Of a stretch of 63,434 nucleotides of DNA, positions 58,951-63,434 are shown piece by piece. The notes under the pieces are model-generated. The model searched no databases, was not told where the DNA came from, and saw only the letters and a program-made list of their open reading frames with translations. Position 1 is the stretch's first letter, and each line of letters opens with the position of its first letter. Position numbers and translations under genes: made by a program. The stretch is from a virus (lineage: Duplodnaviria > Caudoviricetes). The stretch covers positions 1-63,434 of IMG/VR virus record IMGVR_UViG_3300020424_000350; one strand, 5' to 3'.

Positions 58951-59619
58951 ATGAGTTTTACTTACGCACAATTAAAAACAGCTATTCAGGATTATTCTGA
59001 TTATTCTGAAACTTCTTTCGTAAATAACTTAGATAATTTTATAAAAACAGCAGAAGAAAGAATTTTAAAAACTGTGCAATTACCTGTTTTTAGAAAAAAT
59101 GTAACGGGTACAGCTACTTCTAGTAATACTTATTTAGCCACCCCTAGTGATTTTTTATCACCTTATAGTTTAGCTTTAATAGACTCAAGTAATAATTATA
59201 ATTATTTATTACTAAAACACGTCTCGTTTATAAGGGATTATACTCCAAACGCTAGTACTACTGGAGAACCCCTTTACTATGGTTTATTTGATGATAATAC
59301 TTTTATTCTAGGTCCAACCCCTAATTCTAATTATACATTCGAGCTACATTACTATTATAGACCTTCTTCTTTAACAGCAGGATTAGATAATGGTGTTACA
59401 TGGCTTTCAGATAATGCTCCTAACGCTATTTTATATGGAGCATTAGTTGAAGCAGCAGTATATATGAAACAAGACCCTAATACGATTGGATTATACGAAA
59501 GTAAATTTCAAGAAGCATTAGTTTTATTAAAATCATTAGGAGAGTTTAAAAATATGAGAGATGAATCTAGAAACGATAGTATAAAATTAACACCACCAGT
59601 AAACCAATCAAATGTTTGA
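58951..59619 (+). CDS. Head-tail connector / tail tubular A-like protein
   Basis: TYAQLKTAIQDY...AEERI...PTP...ELHYYYRP...LYGALVEA. Confidence 0.7.
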   Translation: MSFTYAQLKTAIQDYSDYSETSFVNNLDNFIKTAEERILKTVQLPVFRKNVTGTATSSNTYLATPSDFLSPYSLALIDSSNNYNYLLLKHVSFIRDYTPNASTTGEPLYYGLFDDNTFILGPTPNSNYTFELHYYYRPSSLTAGLDNGVTWLSDNAPNAILYGALVEAAVYMKQDPNTIGLYESKFQEALVLLKSLGEFKNMRDESRNDSIKLTPPVNQSNV

Positions 59620-59902
59620 AATAGAAGTTACTAGTAATATAGGAGATATTTCTGTAGCAACTGAAAATAACAAAGGACATTCTTCAGATTATTGGGCTCA
59701 AAGATGTGCTGATAAAATCTGCGGTATTTCTGAAAATGCTACACCTGAAGTCAGGCAACAAGCTGAAGCATTCAAGGTAGCTATTTATCAGACAATACTT
59801 TATTATATGAACCAAGCTATAACTAGTGATAGAACAACTGTAACCCAGATGTTAAGTAAACAAGGTCACGGTGATTTAGCAAAAATTATAAAGGAGCTTT
59901 GA
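59612..59902 (+). CDS. Conserved tail-region protein
   Basis: QQAEAFK...SDRTT. Confidence 0.6.
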   Translation: MFEIEVTSNIGDISVATENNKGHSSDYWAQRCADKICGISENATPEVRQQAEAFKVAIYQTILYYMNQAITSDRTTVTQMLSKQGHGDLAKIIKEL

Positions 59903-59903
59903 C

Positions 59904-60332
59904 ATGGCAATAACTTCAACTTTGACAACTAGTTTTAAAACTGAGCTTTTAACTGGTACTCATAACTTTACTAACAGTAGTGGAGATACTTTTAAATTAG
60001 CACTTTTTACAAGTTCTGCTACTTTAGGGGCTTCAACTACAGCTTTTGGAACTACTAATGAAGTTTCTGGTACTGGTTATACTTCAGGTGGAGGAACTCT
60101 TACTAACGTTACTCCGTCAGCTGATGGAACCACTGCAATCACAGATTTTGCAGACTTAACTTTTAGTAGTGCCACAATAACCGCTAGAGGTTGTTTAATT
60201 TATAATAGTTCTGATTCTAATAAATCAGTAGCTAGTATAGATTTTGGTGGTGATAAAACATCTACTAACGGTGACTTTACTATTCAGTTTCCAGCAGCAG
60301 CAGCTAGTACAGCTATTATAAGAATAGCGTAG
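59904..60332 (+). CDS. Tail structural protein
   Basis: TSFKTELL...FKLALFTSSA...ITARGCLIYN...DFGGDKT. Confidence 0.7.
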   Translation: MAITSTLTTSFKTELLTGTHNFTNSSGDTFKLALFTSSATLGASTTAFGTTNEVSGTGYTSGGGTLTNVTPSADGTTAITDFADLTFSSATITARGCLIYNSSDSNKSVASIDFGGDKTSTNGDFTIQFPAAAASTAIIRIA

Positions 60333-60341
60333 GAGGAGAGC

Positions 60342-61583
60342 ATGGCTCTTGTCCTAAACGATAGGGTAAAAGAAACTACCACTTCTACTGGTACAGGCAC
60401 CATAAATTTAGCAGGTGCTGAAACTGGTTTTGAAACTTTCGTAGCGGGAATAGGTAATTCTAATACTACCTATTACGCTATTGTTCATACAAGTGCAAAC
60501 GAGTTCGAAGTCGGATTAGGCACGGTTACTGACGCTTCTCCAGATACATTATCTAGAACTACAATCATAAGTAGCACTAACTCTGACTCTGCAGTAGATT
60601 TTTCTGCAGGAACTAAAAACGTATTTTGTACGTTACCTGCTAGTAAAGCTGTAGTTATACCCACTTCGGGAGATATGACTGTTGATGTTCCAGGAGATAT
60701 TATTTTTGATGCAGATGGTGGGGATATATTATTTAAAGACGCTGGAACTTTGGTTGGAACTATTGGTGGATTTGCAGGTAATAATGTAACCATTAAATCA
60801 GAGGTATCTGATGGGGATGTAATTTTTCAAGGTAATGATGGCGGCTCTGGAATAACTGCTCTTACTCTTGATATGTCAGAGCAAGGAAATGCAACTTTTA
60901 ATAAAAATGTAATATTCGGAGATAACGGTAAAGCTCTGTTTGGTGCAGGTACAGATTTAGCAATATTTAGTGATGGTACAGATGGAAAGATAGAAGCTAG
61001 TGGAACTCTTATTCTTGATGCTGATGGCACAACTATATCTTTAAGAGATGGCGGTACAGAAAATAGTCAGATTGGATTAGATAGTGCAGGTCTTGTTTTC
61101 ACAGTAGTAGGTGCAGACAAAGACTTTTTTATATCAGGAAATGATGGTGGTTCAGCAATCACGGGAGTTAGAGTGGATTTTTCTGATGCTGGTGCAATAA
61201 TTTGTAATGGCAATATTACAGCTTTTGGAAACACGTCAGATATAAAGTTAAAAGAAAATATTGAAGTTATTTCTGATGCCCTAGATAAAGTAAAAAAGTT
61301 AAAAGGAATAACTTTTAATTACAAAAAAGATGGAAAAAGAAGTACAGGACTTATAGCACAAGACTTAGAAAAAGTATTACCAGAGGCTGTTTATGAATCT
61401 TCTGATATAGACAATGATGAAGATAAACACTTAGCTATTCGTTATGGCAACACAGTAGGTTTATTAGTAGAAGCTATTAAAGAACAACAAAAAGAAATAG
61501 ATACTTTAAATGACTATGTGAAATTACAGTCAGCTACCATCATGGACATGGAAAGAAGATTGAATGAATTAGAGGATAAATAA
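60342..61583 (+). CDS. Tail fibre with C-terminal intramolecular chaperone (peptidase S74)
   Basis: MALVLNDRVKET start; repeated (I/L)DADG motifs; SDIKLKENI...GLIAQDLEKVLPEAV...LVEAIKE. Confidence 0.88.
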   Translation: MALVLNDRVKETTTSTGTGTINLAGAETGFETFVAGIGNSNTTYYAIVHTSANEFEVGLGTVTDASPDTLSRTTIISSTNSDSAVDFSAGTKNVFCTLPASKAVVIPTSGDMTVDVPGDIIFDADGGDILFKDAGTLVGTIGGFAGNNVTIKSEVSDGDVIFQGNDGGSGITALTLDMSEQGNATFNKNVIFGDNGKALFGAGTDLAIFSDGTDGKIEASGTLILDADGTTISLRDGGTENSQIGLDSAGLVFTVVGADKDFFISGNDGGSAITGVRVDFSDAGAIICNGNITAFGNTSDIKLKENIEVISDALDKVKKLKGITFNYKKDGKRSTGLIAQDLEKVLPEAVYESSDIDNDEDKHLAIRYGNTVGLLVEAIKEQQKEIDTLNDYVKLQSATIMDMERRLNELEDK

Positions 61584-62353
61584 TGGCTTTATCAAGTTCA
61601 GGTTCACTATCCATGAGTCAAATACAATCTGAGTGGGGCGGTAGTAACCCTATAGGTCTTAATGAGTATTATTTAGGAAGTTTATCTAACGCTACTAATC
61701 AAAGCTCAGTCGCTGTAACTCCTTCTATAAGTTCATCTAGTTCAAGTGTATACACACCTGGAACTAAACTAATTGGTGCCTATACTACTTATTATTACAC
61801 TGCTGGATTTAGAAACTCAAACCTCTCTACTAGTTCGAATTTTCCTGCTTTGGGTTCTAGTTCACAAGGTGTTTCAAGAACAATAAACGCAGATAGTTCA
61901 GGTAACGCAGGAACTATACCCTCTTCAGGAGCAATCTCATTCAACCATTTTAGAGGCACAGCAAAAGGCACAACATCAACATTTACTGTTTATGGTTGGG
62001 TTACTGAACAATATAGTGGCGGTCTAACTGGTGGTTTTAGTCCTGGTTTTTTATATTTATATTTAGGAGGTCACTGGGGAGGTGCTTCAGAGGGCGGTCC
62101 GAGTGGAGGAGCTTGGACAGGTACACCATTTAATTATTTTACTACAAATGCAGTAGGAAACAATGTACAAATGCCCGCAACTACTTGGTATGCAGGAACT
62201 AATACAGTAAATGGAGCTAATGGTAACCAATGGACTAAGACTCATAAAACTTATCCTAATATTGGCAGTGTTACTGAGTTCACATGGGCTTTGACTGGTA
62301 GCAATGCTTTTGGGGGGTTTAGTGGTACAGTAACTATGACCTTCACATATTAA
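61583..62353 (+). CDS. Putative fibre-tip adhesin/receptor-binding protein
   Basis: SSGSLSMSQIQSEWGG.NPIGLNEYY and IPSSGAISFNHFRG; G/S/T/aromatic-rich. Confidence 0.6.
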   Translation: MALSSSGSLSMSQIQSEWGGSNPIGLNEYYLGSLSNATNQSSVAVTPSISSSSSSVYTPGTKLIGAYTTYYYTAGFRNSNLSTSSNFPALGSSSQGVSRTINADSSGNAGTIPSSGAISFNHFRGTAKGTTSTFTVYGWVTEQYSGGLTGGFSPGFLYLYLGGHWGGASEGGPSGGAWTGTPFNYFTTNAVGNNVQMPATTWYAGTNTVNGANGNQWTKTHKTYPNIGSVTEFTWALTGSNAFGGFSGTVTMTFTY

Positions 62354-62356
62354 TGA

Positions 62357-62572
62357 ATGAAACCAGAGGATTTATATCTTTACTACAGCTCTATAGAGGG
62401 AGAAGAATTTGTGCACACATATTGGAATGGTGTTAAAGTTAGTGTTAGAAAAGAAAATAAAACAGAACAACAAATAAGAGAAGACCTTTTAGATAGAATA
62501 AACAGTGAAGACATACAAGAAATTAACAAACTTTTAAACAACCCACCACCCATGGACATTGAGGAGATATAA
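62357..62572 (+). CDS. Hypothetical protein
   Basis: ORF in operon. Confidence 0.6.
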   Translation: MKPEDLYLYYSSIEGEEFVHTYWNGVKVSVRKENKTEQQIREDLLDRINSEDIQEINKLLNNPPPMDIEEI

Positions 62573-63381
62573 TGGCATCAGAACATGATTTAGAAGGAGA
62601 CATTCTAGGGACAATATTTGATTTTAAAGGTGTAGAAGGTGCTCCACAACACACTATAGATAATCAATTTCAACTTTCAGTTATAGTCGGAAATAAAGGA
62701 GATAGAATAGGTCGTAGAAGTTTAAACGTACTTAATCACGACTACATGGATTATCACCCAGAGTCAGATAAACTAATTAAATCACTGCACTGTTGGTTTT
62801 ATTGTTCTGGAGCATTTAAATCCTATTCCGATTTAAGAGGTCAAGGTATAACTGTAGAAGATTGGAGAGTTTACTTAGGTCTTCAACCCCCAGCACACCC
62901 TGAAATAGCAAATCTAGTAGACAATTATCCACCGCCAGATTTACCAGATAATATTTCTGACGAAGCTCTAGAAGCATGTGAAGAAACTTATGGAAGTATT
63001 TATTGGAAAGACCAAGAAACACCTGAGTGGACAAAGTCAGTTATGGAATATGAATGGAAAGTAGACTACAGTTATTTTGAAGCAATAGAAGACAATACAA
63101 TATTTATTTGTTTTTTACCCTTACAGTCGAGGTGGAGAGCAGGGTGGGAAGTAGAGCAACTTATATTACATCCAGGAGAAATGAAACCTACCGATAAAAA
63201 AGGACAACTGTGTTATTTATTTACATCTGGTGATTGCGAAGTTATAGACTCAGGTAATGGTACACCTAACATCACACATTATTTTAAACAGTGGGATTGT
63301 AAAAAACTTACTAAAGAGCATTACTTAGTAAAAAATACAGGTAACGAAAAAATTAAATTAATTAGGTTTTATAAAAAATGA
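62572..63381 (+). CDS. Hypothetical protein with cupin-like C-terminus
   Basis: LHPGE...CYLFTSG...LVKNTGNEKIKLIRF; ATGA-coupled to the Coq4-like gene across the junction. Confidence 0.55.
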   Translation: MASEHDLEGDILGTIFDFKGVEGAPQHTIDNQFQLSVIVGNKGDRIGRRSLNVLNHDYMDYHPESDKLIKSLHCWFYCSGAFKSYSDLRGQGITVEDWRVYLGLQPPAHPEIANLVDNYPPPDLPDNISDEALEACEETYGSIYWKDQETPEWTKSVMEYEWKVDYSYFEAIEDNTIFICFLPLQSRWRAGWEVEQLILHPGEMKPTDKKGQLCYLFTSGDCEVIDSGNGTPNITHYFKQWDCKKLTKEHYLVKNTGNEKIKLIRFYKK

Positions 63382-63434
63382 TAGAAAAAATTAAATACGA
63401 ATCTAGCTTAGTTAAAAAATGGTTTGCACAAACT

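Noticed and set aside
60342-62353. Diversity-generating retroelement or invertible tail-fibre switch
   Set aside because: No reverse transcriptase, template/variable repeat pair or invertase seen
1-63434. tRNA genes, integrase/repressor, phage RNA polymerase, stop-codon reassignment
   Set aside because: No cloverleaf or relevant protein motifs recognised by eye (tRNAscan-SE would confirm); core genes are intact under the standard code

Overview
The window is an apparently complete, circularly permuted ~63.3 kb genome of an AT-rich tailed dsDNA phage. The ends overlap by 97 nt. It is podovirus-like and its gene content resembles marine proteobacterial phages; the host cannot be determined from sequence alone. 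All genes lie on the + strand except a SNF2 helicase and an AlkB homolog. Modules: tail, lysis and ejection proteins (1.4-17.4 kb); replication (SSB-like, AEP primase, SF1 helicase, PolA, resolvase; 19.7-31.5 kb); an early region of small genes behind about 11 related sigma70-type promoters (31.5-44.5 kb); a repeat- and palindrome-rich non-coding zone after terS (43.2-44.8 kb); and packaging/head/tail genes (44.8-62.4 kb). Best candidate for a new system: a thymidine-hypermodification cluster inside the replication operon (DenV-like glycosylase, class I SAM methyltransferase, 5-hmdU DNA kinase-like protein, dUMP hydroxymethylase-like TS, Nmad1-like protein). It lacks a recognisable amino acid:DNA transferase and has a methyltransferase instead, which suggests an undescribed modified base. 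Also notable: a cupin-like/Coq4-like/2OG-Fe(II) enzyme trio in the tail-fibre region, a hairpin whose loop is antisense to early-gene ribosome-binding sites, two inverted origin-like elements, and apparent near-total GATC avoidance. All family calls come from motif recognition by eye, not from database searches.
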